Below, in pieces: positions 12,287-26,553 of a stretch of 64,000 bases of DNA (positions within the stretch are counted from its first letter, which is position 1; each line of letters begins with the position of its first letter). Under the pieces are notes generated by a model. It made no database searches. It was not told the origin of the DNA and was given only the letters and a program-made list of their open reading frames with translations. Made by a program: the position numbers and the translations under genes. The DNA is from Bugula neritina (lineage: Eukaryota > Animalia > Bryozoa), in NCBI GenBank assembly GCA_964035545.1, contig OZ037769.1:4073929-4137928 (forward strand), given 5' to 3'.

Positions 12287-15200
12287 ATGGAAGTACTTTG
12301 GGCTCAGTATAAGAAATTATCTGGGATCCTGGCATGTCGTGTGAAGCTTGTATTCGGATGTTCTCTTTCGGTATGTCAAACTGAACATATAAACAATCTT
12401 ATAGAGTTCTTGCTTATACACACAAGTTCAGTTTATGAAATTGGAAAAACCTAAAGTTTTATGATATTCTCTTTATGTTGTATACAGTATTTTATTTACA
12501 ATATATTTGTTTTTACAGGCTCTTATTATTGGCTATGTTATATCACTGATGGGTGAGTTTTTCATTTGTTCATTATTTACACCATTTATTTGTTATAAGT
12601 CACAACACTTTAAATATGCATGATGTGACACATAATTCTATTTTGATAGGTATTATGCCAGGAGAGTATAGACTGGAAACTGAGAGATGTATGGAGGATT
12701 TAGGGTGTTTCTCTATATACGGCAACTACACTCTACGACCTTTTAACCTTCTTCCGCAGTACAGAGACGTTGTTGATACTAGATTTATCCTCTATAACTC
12801 TGATTACACGTATAGCGAAAGTTCCTACAATGATATTCAAACTATAATCAAAGAGCTGCATTCTGGTAAAGGACTTGTAATAGTTATACATGGTTGGATT
12901 TCCTCGAGACATGATGCAGATATACAGGTATGTTTTAGTTGTTATTACAGTAGCTGTTAGTGTTTTTTTGTTCCTGTACTGGTTAGTGTGTTATGTCATG
13001 TGTTGTTTGTGTTGTTTGCTTGTAGATAAATGAATAGCTTCAGTTTTTAGCCGGTGATTATTCACTCAGGTAGGAGGCTAGCTGCAAACCCCCCTCATTC
13101 AGCTGTGAATATGTTGTAGCTAATTTTTGTCATTCAATTTTAAGCTCATACAGTAACCAAAATTAATTTTCATGGCATTTCTATATAATTAAAAATTTAT
13201 AAATGTAATTAGCTGATATCCAAAATGAATCAATTATAATATATTTTAATTAGATGCTCTAAGACAATAAAAATAATGCCCTGGTAGTTAGGTTTAGACT
13301 ACTGCAGCACCAACTGCCTTGTGGGGGGAGGGGGTTGAGCCCCTATCCACTACTATATTACCAGGCCTGATGGTGTAGCAGTGGATAGAATAAGGAATAT
13401 GATTAGTCTTATGTAATCTGCACACATGAAATTACATAACATACATATATGTATGTTATGTACATGCATGTAATGTATGTATACATGTGTATACAATGAT
13501 GTACAATAATATGCTAAGCTGTACGTCACATACATATATGTACATCAAGTCTTTAGTGAATTATTTGTTTCTTCTATGCTATAAAATGCTATAAATATGT
13601 CCCCATATACATTATACATTACTGTTGATTAATTAAATGGATTGTAATGCTGATTGTTTTAGAATTTGGTGAAAACACTGGTAGATGAGAAAGGAGAGGA
13701 GTTAAATGTGATGCTTGTAGAGTGGGAGAGGGGCTCTGTACAGACGTACCCTCAAGCTGCAGCCAATACCAGGGTTGTGGGAGCTGAGATTGCTAGGCTA
13801 CTTCGTCTGGTCCAGGTGATGCTCTATCATATAATATGCAGTGGTTTTTACTTTTAATATCCACTTTATGTTCGGAGTTTTATGTGGCACGCTTGGTATC
13901 AGCCTGAATCGATCATTTATCTTAATATATCTTAGTCAGGTTTGCCTATGTATTAAGGTGAGCTTTTCTATCAGTGACTTGACTATTCGCAGCGCTGTCG
14001 CTGTGAGTCTGGATTGCGATATTACCTCCCCCTGAGTTCTTTATTCAGGTGCTTTTGTTGAAATAAAATAAACAGAAATACATGTTATGGAGACGATGGT
14101 AGCGGTGGTCACCTTTGGTCACTTTTAACCGCTGTGGTCCTGCGCGGGTGGCGGGTCGATTATTTTCATGAAGTAGTTTTGCTACTTTCTAGATGTTGAA
14201 GAAAATGTTATCATTCTCATACTTTTACAGCTCATATCTACCCCAAGTCATTTTGAGACACCCACACTTTCTACTAAATGCTAAAAAACTATCATATAAT
14301 TTTTTTGTTTTGTAGACTAAGATTCTACTAAAAGATGTTCATTTAGTGGGTGTCAGTTTGGGGGCCCACATTTCAGGCACATGCGGATCTCTTCTACCTG
14401 GGATTGGTAGAATTACAGGTACTTATTGACTATTGCTGCTTGTCTAAAGCTCCAGTTTGAAAACTATAATTTGTAGGAACTTAAGTCACTTTTATAGCTA
14501 GCAAATTGTGCAATCTATTTAGATAATTCTGATGGTTTGAGTATACATTGGATATTTATGCACACACACACACACACATGCACACGCACACGCAACTGCT
14601 CAAGCTAGTTTTTGGGTTTTCTTATACATGATAGCTTTTTAAATTAAATTTAAGATATACATAAATATTCGAAACAGACACTAATTTGATATAAACCTCT
14701 GGTTTTATCTGTTTTGTATCTTTTATATTTCTACAGCACTCGATGCTGCTGGGCCTCTTTTTGAGAGTTATCCTCCCTCAATCAGATTGGATCCAACCGA
14801 CGCCCTGTTTGTTGACGCTATACATACGGATGGTGATGATTTCTATAAAGTAGTCATGGCAGAAGGTGGTAAGTGTCTTCTAGGAGCTGACATATTTGAC
14901 AGTTGAAGCAGGTGCTTGACATGTCTGTTTATTTTTACTGGTATACTGACCTCACTTTCAATTTTAGTGAAATGATTTGTAAATTCTAGTCCCTGAAATA
15001 GTGTGGTTCTTTAGTTTTCAAGTTTTAAACAATAAATTTATCAAAGTAATTGTCAAATAACAAAATATATTGAATAGTTGATTTTGTTTTTTTTAGAAAA
15101 TTGGCTTTTCAATCAGGAGTTATCTTTTCTTGATCATAAATTTTATAAACCTCCACAAAGTTTCAAAATTATTGGTATTTATTAGTTTACATCTGGCAGG

Positions 15201-17954
15201 TTTTTTATAGTCTTCAAGTTACGATAGAAAGTTTTGAAGAATTGAAATTTGCTCAAGATATAAGTATTTAATCGTAATGATATAATTTCACAAGATCAAC
15301 ATAAGCATAACATTTTGATTAGTTACAATTTATTTGCTTGGAAAGCTGCCAGCCAAAATTGCGTCAGACTTCTAAGAAAAGTACAAGGGCAGACAATTTC
15401 TGCTCCGGTTATATTGATAATGTGTTTATCTGTAGCATACTTCAGTGTTTACTTTGCATACTTTTAGTATATATTCAACACTGTTATTACATATTTCACA
15501 GCACATTTGACTAACAAGCTTTCATATATTCTGTATATTCAACAGGTCTTGGAATTCACCATAGTATTGGACATGCTGACTTCTACCCAAATGGAGGTCA
15601 TACACAGCCCCATTGTAATGGCGTCATGAGTCGTACGCTGACAGACATAACTTCTGGGTCACTGCAAAGTACGTTACTGTATCACTTTGTCTGTATTATA
15701 CAGCATATATATATATCACTCTGTCTGTATTATAAAGTATATATCTATCGCTATGTCTGTATTATACAGTATATATCTATCACTATGTCTGTAAGCTACA
15801 GTATATATCTATCACTATGTCTGTATTATACAGTATATATCTATCACTATGTCTGTATTATACAGTAGATATATATCACTCTATGACATTAAGCTGAAAT
15901 ATTAATCTGATAAATTATGATTTCATACTAGTATTGTTATATTATTTATTATTTCTTTCATCAGTACTATTTCATTGATGGATATTACACTGCTGTTTAT
16001 TATTGCGAACTGCTATCTATAATTGCTCTACTGAGTGAAATAATGACTCTAAAGAATTGCAGAAATGCAAAGACATGCATTTTGTGTGCTAGAGACTTTT
16101 TTGAAAATTAAAAGATACTCTCTTAATTACCAATTCTTAAAAACTTTGAAGTTTATTTCAATTTCTTGATAATCTAATTATGTGACAATAAAGGAAGTCG
16201 TTTATATTTTTATCTGAATTCTAACTCTAAGCCAAGATAGGATTTTATTATCTGTGGAAGTTATAATTTCTTTGTTCATAATTTGCATAGACTGCATATA
16301 CGAATTGTGTCGAGAGTGCTCATCGGTCTTTTCAGATACAATATTTTGCGTGTTTTAGATGTGCAGCTAAAGAAGCTTGTAGCCTGTGATCATGAATTAT
16401 CTCTAGACTACTTTGCTCAGTCTATATTGACTAGTCACCTCTACACAGCGTACGCATGTGATGACGACCAGCAAGGCTTTATAGATGGCAGGTGTAGCTC
16501 CACTAACTACATGGGGTACGAGGCTTACAAACCTTCTACGGACAGGAAGTACTATCTACACATGTCTGACAATCGTCCGTATATAGGTCAGTTTTGTACT
16601 TGTGAATTCAAGATGTAGTTTTGTTACTGTTAGTGTATATAACAGTACAATATTATGTAGTATTGTTACTGTTGGTGTACATGTATATTACAATTCAACA
16701 CTTAGTTTTGTTACTGTTAGTGTATATAACAGTACAATATGTAGTATTGTTACTGTTGGTGTACATGCATATTACAAGCCCAGTGTTGTCTATTTTGTTG
16801 TAGGAAATCACTTTATAGCTACCGTCACAGTCAACGTGACCAACTTGGTTTGCCTTCGACTCACCTTGAAAGGAGCCAATGGTGTGGCTGGACACATTCA
16901 GCAGCCAGGATTTAAGTCAGTCATATAAGTTTCTGATATCCTAGTTTATGAGAGCTGGAGGATTCATTTGGCATGTAGATATCAGTTTCTCTGAATATCG
17001 TTCACTGCTCAATATGCTTCAGTTTTACTAAACGTAGTAATGCAGTTACAATAAAATATCTCAAAACTTGGTAAATTATTCCAGTATTGGCTGATTTCAT
17101 TTTATAACTTTTAGCTGGTATTTTAATATCATGTGTTATCATTTATTTTCTTAGAAAGTCCTGTAGTCTCTCTTCTACACAATCCGCCATGCTCTACTCT
17201 GATGTGCCGATTTCTACACTCCACAGTTTGAACATAACTTGGGAGGATAATGCAGCGTCCCATAGTCAAGTACTAGTTCACGGGCTAACTCAACTAACTC
17301 TTGTCAATGCAAGCGTATCACATGGAGATATGGTGTTAGTATATGTCCTCATTGCGCAATGCTGTTAGTTAGGGCTTTCTTTACGCTGGTTAACTGCAAA
17401 ATTTCAATACTTTAAAAATGTTTGTCAAGCAACATTGGTTTAGAACTAACATTGACTTTACAAATAAATACCTGATGCTTGGTTTTTTCATTCTAATATA
17501 AATGCTTTGATTTTTTCTAATATTTGACAGGTAAACGGTTTTCTTTAGAAGTTTTGCCTGTTAATCTGATTTTTAGTAGTTAATCTGATTATGTGTATTA
17601 TTTTATTTTAGATTTTGTAAACTAGTATCATATGCTTGGCTATGAGCTTTAAATGTGATTAATTTATTAATCTTCTTAGGTTTTCTAAAATCATTATAAT
17701 TTATGTTTTTTTCTTGTTTTTCAAGTGTTTGGAGAATAATCAGTGTTTATATAGTAAGTGATGCCAGCAATATCTGCAACTAGCAAGCACTATGCTGCTT
17801 GTTTCAGACTAGAACACCTGTTGTCACATGTCATCTTCATTATTTTATACCACTGTGATGCTATTCTTGTAGATACTACTCCTGTACCCCAGTGCTTCTA
17901 GGATTTACTCTGTCTGTTACAATGCCCCTTTCCACTCAAAAGTGTACAAATTAA
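12287..17954 (+). CDS. Pancreatic lipase-related / phospholipase A1 family lipase, ~502 aa, with a probable PLAT-like C-terminal domain; exons 12287-12370, 12519-12552, 12650-12927, 13663-13815, 14316-14418, 14737-14868, 15546-15668, 16359-16586, 16804-16915, 17155-17334, 17873-17954
   Basis: In-frame exon chain with family motifs [49 protein letters not shown] (Ser), [10 protein letters not shown] (Asp), [36 protein letters not shown] (His); TAA at 17952-17954. Confidence 0.92.
14098..14160 (+). repeat. Short dispersed repeat with a GC-rich terminal hairpin (second copy at 50904-50958)
   Basis: gcggtggtcacctttggtcacttttaaccgctgtggtcctgcgcgggtggcgggtc aligns with atagtggtcacttttagtcacctttcactactgtgatcctgtgcaagtggcaggtt. 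Confidence 0.55.
15678..15882 (+). repeat. 31-bp minisatellite, ~6.5 copies (TATCACTATGTCTGTATTATACAGTATATATC-like)
   Basis: Tandem units directly visible just downstream of the lipase exon-7 donor. Confidence 0.9.
16614..16778 (+). repeat. ~87-bp tandem duplication (internally dimeric) making up most of a lipase intron
   Basis: tagttttgttactgttagtgtatataacagtacaatat...tgtagtattgttactgttggtgtacatg.atattacaa occurs twice. Confidence 0.85.
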
Positions 17955-20863
17955 AGACAACATGAGCTCTAAATTGTTAATTTTAGTCACTTTTCATGAT
18001 TCTTTAGATTTATCTCATAAAGTAACAAAGAATTCATTATCTATATTTTAGTGAACAACTTTTATTCTGATCTGCTGACTCATTTTCTATTTTCTGCCAC
18101 CAAATCCATGTCTGAATATTTTAAGCTCACCAAATATTGATAAATTTTATTTTCTTACTGTGACTTTATATTGAGGTTTTTTTCGCTATATCTCTATTTA
18201 CTAATTGATGATTAAAGTCAAACTTTTATTGAAGTTGTACTCAAGAATCACTGGTCATTCTTTTTATACTAAAGTACTATTTTCTTTAGTTTTCTATTTC
18301 TATTTACTATTCAAGTGTTTTAGTGATATATGTTCTGTTGTATTTTGAACAGAGAATGTATGGCTTTAGAGTATATTTTCATAGAATAGAAATTGCATAT
18401 TTTGAAATATCTGTACCATGCTCTAAAAGTACCAAATATTTCACTTCTTTCTACAATCATAGTTCCAGGATGTTTTACTCTGATATGAAAAAAACCACTT
18501 TAGCTACTTTATGGGCATATGTATTTATTATATATATGACACTTAGCAATAAAGTATAAAAAGGTTCCCTTTAGCTTTTGTGATTTAAAGTTTTTCAGTT
18601 GCTGGAAATCCTTTTACTAGTACTTATTGTTGGAGTTGAAAAAATGTATCATTAGTTGTGAACACACACACTCCTGCACGCACACACATTCTATTCAGTA
18701 ATATAATCTAATCAAAGATTAGTATTTTAAAAATTGTTGTTTACGCATCAGGTTCCCTGCAATACCAATAGTTTGTTGGCATAATATAGCATATTATTAA
18801 CATGATTGAGACTAGCTGATAACTAACATAATTCTTGGAACACTGTTATATTCTATCATTTGGGACAACGTAATTACTCTGAGACTATTCGCTTAAATCT
18901 TTAACACATAATTCTCATTTCCGTGACACGTAGTTAAAAGCAAAGTAACATGCTATAAGTGTGTACTACTATAATTGTTGAGTTCACATCCATGCAGCGC
19001 AGTATCTAATTCTGAATGGATACAATTCTTAGCTCACTTTATAGAAACCCTTTCCATCAGAGGTTCTCACAAAGACAAACACTTCAATTAAAGACTTGTA
19101 GTTAGTTTTTGCTGTTGAACTCTGACAGATGACATATTGAACAACATTAAATTCAAAGCTTAACATTACCATTATATTTGATTGTTGCCCAATTTTTAAT
19201 TGAAAGCCCGCACTCTGAAAATAACTGTTTTATGAACCCTGCTGTACTGAGATTATTGTTAAAAAATTCTCAGATATGTAAAAGAAGTGTTAATGTCATG
19301 ATGCAATCGTAGATTAAAAAAGACATTTAATATTAGACATAGTGACAAATTATGAAATTTTCCAAGTTGCAAGGTCAGCTGATTCAATTTGAAAATTCCT
19401 CAGCTACTGGTTAACTATATACAACAACTGTGGAGATACCTATTACAGCAAACATCGAGTCATCTGTTATAATGCAATGCGGCTTATATTTACAACAAAT
19501 ACTATAAGGAAACAGCATATAAACAATATACTAAAGGCACAAAAACTGGTATAATAGTTATTAAATTGTAAAAAAATAAGTTGGGTACTTTGAATTGTCA
19601 AATAATATAATTGTATAAACCAGTGTCAGAGTCTAACATATAATTATATAATTATATAGCTTATTCAACTGCACTGTGAAGATTTGCCTGGCGCCAATAT
19701 TTTTTATGTCATTAAGAGCTTAATTAAGGCTTGTTTACTGTAAAACAGGTTCATTTGGCTAGAGAAAAAATATTCACTGAATGTAATATAATGCATCAGT
19801 GACCTCATTTTCAGACACTTTGTTATATAATATTGACTTTTACAGTAAACGTAGCTTTAAGTTTGGTATACATGCTGAGTGGGCTTAGCTCTCTTACAGC
19901 TTTTTTAATTATACAAAAATTACAATATTTTAGACATTCAGATTAAGTGTAAATGACTACAGGAGTTGGTACATTTCTATTTCCTCTTATGTTTTCTATT
20001 TAAGCTTGTTGAAAAAGTTCATTACATGCTACAGCATTACTTTAGTTTATAAAAACATGTCTTTTGCATAAGGAAATAATGTATATACCTACAAAGACAT
20101 ACCAATACATCTAAACACCCACATACCTACACATCTACACATATTTACACAGTTTAACAAATACACGCCTATAATAAAATATATGTTGACAAACCTACAT
20201 GTATATACACACACATACACTACCTATAACTATCTACTACCTACATATATGTAGACTCATACCAACATATTACATACATCTTATCACGTGGATGTATCTA
20301 ATAATTTTAAAATTCTCCATCACTTTGTTTTCAAAAAGTTGACTTTAAAAATCTGAAAATTTAAAGCAATCCATAATAGTATTCTATAATAACTTGGTAC
20401 TTGTTTACTTACATCTTTAATGCAAGAAGTTGTTGATAACAGTTGTCTTAGCAGAGGCGTTAAAAAAAATTTATACGTAAATTCAAACTTGAAATTTGTT
20501 TGACTATTATACTTGGTTACTCATTGTGGTGTTGTGATTCTACAGTAGCCCATGTAGACTATAGCATAATGGGTAACACACTAGCTTGCTAATTGGAGGT
20601 TTTCAGTTTGTTTTACGGTTAGGTTTGATCATTTTTCATGTTTTAAGCTCAAATTCTGCAAAATAGTGTTAAATATTATTAATTGAACAGCATAATCGTG
20701 TTTTTAAACTGAAATAATGTCTTTTGCAACATGGACTGGTGATTTCAGGTTTTGAGAACATTCCAAGCATATATGGTATATACGCAAGATCAAATTACCT
20801 GCACGGATAATAAACAGAAGTAACAGCAATTGATATTTATCTCCTATATATAATATATATGTG

Positions 20864-20976
<113 letters not shown>

Positions 20977-21039
20977 AGTAATTACTATAGTTTTTTAAAG
21001 GCAATTTTCTTTAATTAGTATACTATATTTTGCCAAATT

Positions 21040-21195
21040 AATTGGCTGGTCAAAAATGATAATGATGAATAGTTTATTGATTGGTCAGTAAATGATTGAT
21101 TATGGTTGTGACATTTAAGTTATTTACTTAATTATAATGAATGATATTTTGATTGCTGGTTGTTCCCCCCCCCCTCCTTCTCTGTATATAAACAA
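21040..21195 (+). promoter_or_regulatory. Core promoter of 12-Cys gene A: inverted CCAAT boxes and TATA box
   Basis: ATTGGC at ~21041, GATTGGTCA at 21079-21087 and TATATAAA at ~21185, about 105 bp upstream of the ATG at 21291. Confidence 0.55.
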
Positions 21196-21290
21196 GAAGC
21201 AACACTTGCAGCATTGCAGATTGGTAAAATTGGCTCGAATTATAAACAAGTATAAGTATATCTTTTCAAAAGTTATTAATGCACTACATT

Positions 21291-24200
21291 ATGCGTAAGT
21301 GTGAAAATTCCTAAAGTTTGTTTTATTTTTTGCATTTGTATATATAGGTATATAGAAGTACATATAGTATATAGTATACGTGTAGGTACATAGAAATAAT
21401 AGCTATAATTTCACACAGTATTTTTACTCAAAATTCAAAATTTATTATGAAAAATGCTTTTTTAAGTTGTCTATTAGATCTTTCAACTCTCCAGCTGCAT
21501 GGATGAACGGCTGGGTGAAAAGTGATACAATGTAATGTAACATATTATATCAAGTAGAACGCTATATCATGGCCGTAAAGTAGTATAAAACTCCCATATT
21601 TGACTTATTTTAGTGCTTGTAAAGATGGCCATTGCACTGTGTGCTGCAACTATTTTTGCTGGTAAGTCTACACATAGAATTCTTTTGCTATGTTAATTTA
21701 TTCAACATGATATTTAGAAAAACATTATAAATGCAAAGAAATTGAAACCTGTGCGTTTATGAATATTTTGTGCTTATACCAGAGTAGAGTAGAGTTTCAG
21801 TTATTTCAACTCGAAATTTTATAGCTTTACTGAAACCCATTGAAATAGCAAAAGATCTACTAGCTAATGGCTATGAAGAACTTTGTGCATGTCATAACTT
21901 CATTAATTTTTCTTTCACTCTATTAAAACTTTATTTTATTGGTTTCAATGTAGAATGCGTGTTGTGCTTTGAGTGTGAGTAATAGAAAAATAATATGTCA
22001 TTGATATATATGTTCAATTTTCCTTGTTTTAATTAGACAGGATTGCCTTCTTTTCTGGAAATAAATTTGTCTTAGAATTATCAAATTTGAAGTTAAATAA
22101 CGCTATCTCTTATAATGTAGATTAATTGCCCCCACAAACCTGAGGCTTTTAACTTGCAAGGCAGCGTCATACACTATGTGGGTGACTGAAGAATTACAAC
22201 ATAGCATTAGTTTGCAGCTAATGTAGTAGTTATGGTAGTGCACACTTTAAAAGTAGAACTGATTAGTTAGCAGGTCTTGCAAAAACTATAATTTACTTTT
22301 GGTAGAGTTTTCTGATGCTATGGACGCAGCAGTTCATCCCAGGATTCCAGGTTAGTTGGATCTGATATCAAATCATAAGAAACATGTTTAGTAATTTGTT
22401 TTTATAATTATAAATAAAAGCATGTGAATCGCCAACAAAGAGCACCAGTTTACTTTGTAGGTTGCTCTTCACTTACAGTTTTTAGATTTTTTCAAAGTAA
22501 ATCATGACCAATATAGTTTTCTATGAGCGACCCTTCCTGCCCAAGATAGAGAAATGTATCAGTTTTAGAGATTATGCAATAAGATACATAAACACTTACA
22601 AATATTTATCAAAATACAAATTTTTGCAATGCCATACTATTATCATAATATTCTAGTATATTACATTATACACATATTATCGTATTATAATATTGTTTTG
22701 CAGTTTGTGAAGAAAACTTGTTTAATGAGTTTTGCAAGTTTAGGCAACTAGTGAAGACCAGACACCCTGACAAATGCTTAAGGTTTGTTCTTCATATTTT
22801 TTTGCATGCAGAGCACAGTCATAGCAATTATAACAGCCATAGTCATTGTACTTGTCTAGTCATAGTCACAGTTATAGTCATAGTCATAGTCATAGCTCTA
22901 ACAGTTATAGTCACATTTATAGCCATTGAATTGTAGTCATAGCTTGGTCCTAGTCATCGCAATAGTCACAGTAATTGTTGTAGTCATAGCTTAGTCATAG
23001 TCATTGTAATAGTCAAAGTCATAGTCATTGTTGTACTAGTACTAGCTGTTAGCCAAAGGAATATAGTGGAAACCACACTAACTACATAACAGTAATAAAA
23101 AAAGATTAAAGCTTTAAATAAGAGCATTTTACACTAATTTATGATACATTTGTGTTTTTATTAGTTGGTAGTGATAATAAATGGTTTTATATTAAATAAT
23201 TTTCAAGAGCCAGGACTTTGCTACAAAAAGCAATATCTGACTGTGAGGTAAAAGACCCGGTGAAAAGGGTGTTTCAAGGCAGTCGATACGTCAAGCTGTT
23301 TTTGAGAAACTGTGGTGATATAGAGTTTCCGTCAGAAGGTGAATGAATAATAACAACTTTTTATGGCACTTTTACAGATTTTACAATTTCAACTACTCAA
23401 AAATTGGTGTAAGCTAGCATAAATAATTGAGTAACTCACTTTTTGTTATTCATTTCTCAAGATATAGATTATTTTCTGTTTACTTACAAAGACTTTGCAC
23501 AGTATAATTCAACACACTGTACCTTTTCAACTTTATTTTAGGTTGTGGTAAAATTACAGCATGCTTGCAGAAAATTTTCAAGTTAAATGGACGCAGAATA
23601 GATTGGTAAGAAATCTATCAAATACCATATCAAGTTATCAAAGTGATTATCAGCAAGATGCAAATCAAAAGCTGCAATTTAATCTGCAATATTCTTGAGT
23701 TTACCCAGTGGCACCTGTGGTGTAATGCTAGCTTGCCTGCTTGCAAGCCGGAGGTCTTGGGCTCGAATCCTAGTGGGGACAAAAGTTTTATATCTGCATG
23801 TGGATTAAAATAGAACCTAGGATTGAGATAAATCATTGGAACTTCTCTCAACTTTTCAACTACTTTTTAATTGTGCTTAAACCTACTCTTTATTATATAA
23901 TCCCTGGCTTATTGTGATTTAAATCCCACAGTATAATATGTCTACGTCTTAATTATTCAAAACTTCTTCAGTAATTGTGTTAATATATGAGGAGCATGTA
24001 ACTGTACTGCTTTTCTTCAAAACGCGTACGCTCCCTTAAATAATGAATGCCATACGTATAGGTAATATTTTGCAATTATACTCTTACAACAGTAGGTTTC
24101 TTTCGAAATTTTCTTCTTACAATAATTATGCAGTCAAACTGGTCTGCAATGTTTTGACAGCTAGTTGTTATTCCTTTAACCTGCTGTGCTCTATGCTAAG

Positions 24201-24728
24201 CCTGTTGTTAGCAGTTTGTGCAATAATAGCAGTTTTGAAATCACTGAAATGAATAATGAGAGTGGTGTTGTTTGGAATCCCGAAGCCCCTGTAGCGTGCC
24301 TGCTTGTAGGCCAGAAGTCTGTCGTTCAAATCCCGGTGGAGGCAATTATGTATTTCATAAGTTGTTATTCCAAAACTTTGACTAGTGCTATGCTAATATT
24401 TAAGAGAACCAAACCTGCTCTTAGACTTATTTTATTAAAGAACTGAACATGTAACTTGAATATTTTTTAAGTCCAATACCATGATTCAATGACTGTAAAT
24501 CACACTTTCTGTTCATAAATACATATCGTGCCAAATAATTTTACTAGTTCTAAAAAAGAAGAGGCTGAAAATTGCTACCACGAAGCTACAAAAGGAGAGT
24601 GTGTGTTAGCAAAAGGAGCACAGAAATTGGTAATTCATCAAACTGTTCCACGAGTCTGTCCATCTGGTCGATACAATTCAGTGAAACCCCTCCTTCCCTC
24701 ATGTAGACGCCATAGTCGTGTTCACTAA
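21291..24728 (+). CDS. Secreted 12-cysteine protein, paralogue A (183 aa); exons 21291-21294, 21614-21661, 22306-22350, 22704-22782, 23208-23338, 23542-23605, 24548-24728
   Basis: Spliced product: MLLVKMAIALCAATIFAEFSDAMDAAVHPRIPVCEENLFNEFCKFRQLVKTRHPDKCLRARTLLQKAISDCEVKDPVKRVFQGSRYVKLFLRNCGDIEFPSEGCGKITACLQKIFKLNGRRIDCSKKEEAENCYHEATKGECVLAKGAQKLVIHQTVPRVCPSGRYNSVKPLLPSCRRHSRVH*. It has a signal-peptide-like N-terminus, and its exon phases and Cys spacing match the three paralogues. Confidence 0.85.
22815..23032. repeat. Degenerate (AGTCAT)n hexanucleotide repeat
   Basis: Many tagtca/catagt units in intron 4 of gene A. Confidence 0.8.
23698..23794 (+). mobile_element. tRNA-derived SINE head, family 1
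   Basis: A-box-like TGGTGTAATG, CTTGCAA loop and B-box-like GGCTCGAATCC; related copies at 24284-24350, 27070-27174 (-) and 32325-32420. Confidence 0.7.
24284..24350 (+). mobile_element. tRNA-derived SINE fragment, family 1
   Basis: tagcgtgcctgcttgtaggccagaagtctgtcgttcaaatcccggtggaggcaa matches the 23698 copy. Confidence 0.55.
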
Positions 24729-26553
24729 TACTACTCTCATTTTAATAGATATGTTACCAGTTTGCGAAGGTGTAAAATGTTTTGAAATATTATATATAAG
24801 CAGTTGCTGTAACCAACTTTATTTACCCACATGGCATAAATTTTTTGTGGCTATTTAAGAACATTTGTCGTACCAAAATTTATTAATAAGATAGTAATCA
24901 TGCAGTAACAATAGAATAGTTTGCAGTATTATATTGTTCTCATTCCCATTAAATATAAATAAATCTAAAATATTGTGTAAACTTCAAGCAGCATAGCAAC
25001 ATTTGCTTCCATTTTCTAATTTAAATCGTTTTTAAAACTTTGTTAAAAATGAGCTTTGCACAATGCATTTTCAAATACAGAGCTTATAGATATGTTCTAA
25101 GGTTATCAAGCTATAGTTACAATACTTATTTTGCTTAAAAAATTGACCCGAAGTTTTATATAAAACATATTCACAGTTTAATCAGCCATTGTCACTTGGC
25201 TGTAACATATCACAAAAACGTTATGTAAACATAATTATCCAAACCATCTGGCTTGTATAAATATTTATTACTACACCTTTGCATAATAATTGCAATAAAT
25301 TAAAAGTTTTTATATAGTATCAGATGGTAAAATATATATTTATGCTTATAATTATGTTTATACGTAAACAACTCTCACAGTTCCATGAGAAATAAAATAG
25401 AAAACTGTTGTATTATGAAGCTAAGCACTTGAAATTTTCTTTACCTGTTGATTAGCAGAGATTGGTAATTCATGAAACTGTACTGCAAGCCCGTTTGTCT
25501 GGGGGCTATGGCAGTTCAAAAAGACCTGTTGCTCATTTAACTTAGTGGTGAATAACTTCCTATTTCAAACATTTTCAGTGTATGACATAGTGATAAATGT
25601 ATTATCAATATAAACAGTATCTTATTCATATAAAATTGATGATTGCTTAAAATACAATTCTTTCACTCTTTATTACAAAAATTTAAAACACTATGCTTTA
25701 TAGCTATAGATGTTTTGTATTACTTACCAAAGTAGCATTAAAGCTTTTTTAAATTATGCTATTTAATCTGTTTTAAACTAAAATCATAATCTAGTTTAAT
25801 GTATAAGCTGTTAAGAGCCACAATCAGTAATCAGGGCGTAGTTAGTAAGCCCATCTTAATACCCTTAATCTATGCTTCATTTTATCTTTATAAAATTAAA
25901 AAGGCTATTATTGCAAGCTTATATTGCTATACTTATCAAAACTATATCTGATTCAAAGGACTCAAGAGTCATAAAATAACCATTATTATCTGTTAATGGG
26001 TAAGCAGACATCATTTGTATAATCCTTAGCAAAAACATTGTAATTGTCACTGTGGTGTATACCTAGATCATAAAATCAAAGATTATTACTGGAAAAATCT
26101 TAGTGTAAAATTATTAATCTTAGCTCTAAGATACTATCAAACATGAAGAGTGAGGGTTTACTTCACTAAACCCAAGTTATTTACTACAATATAATATGTT
26201 TGCTTCGCCATACATGCAGTTGATCATTTCAAGCCTTTACTTGACTATTATTTATCGTTAGTCTAACTTCAACAGCTACATAAAAAATTTTATTAAAAAA
26301 TTGTTAGCAATTTGAAAAAAGTTGAGTATCTTGATATACAGTGCATGTTTAAGTTGTTATGTTTTTTTATTTCAGCCATAAAATAAAATAATTATAAACA
26401 ATACTTAATAAAGGTTAGAAATAATGAAAACAGAATGTTTTGAATGGGCGTATACATTAATTCATATTCAAAGTGAACACATGTTGACATAAATATATTT
26501 TTGTCTACCTCTATTGATGGAGATATTCAAACTTAAATTCATGAGAGTAAAAA

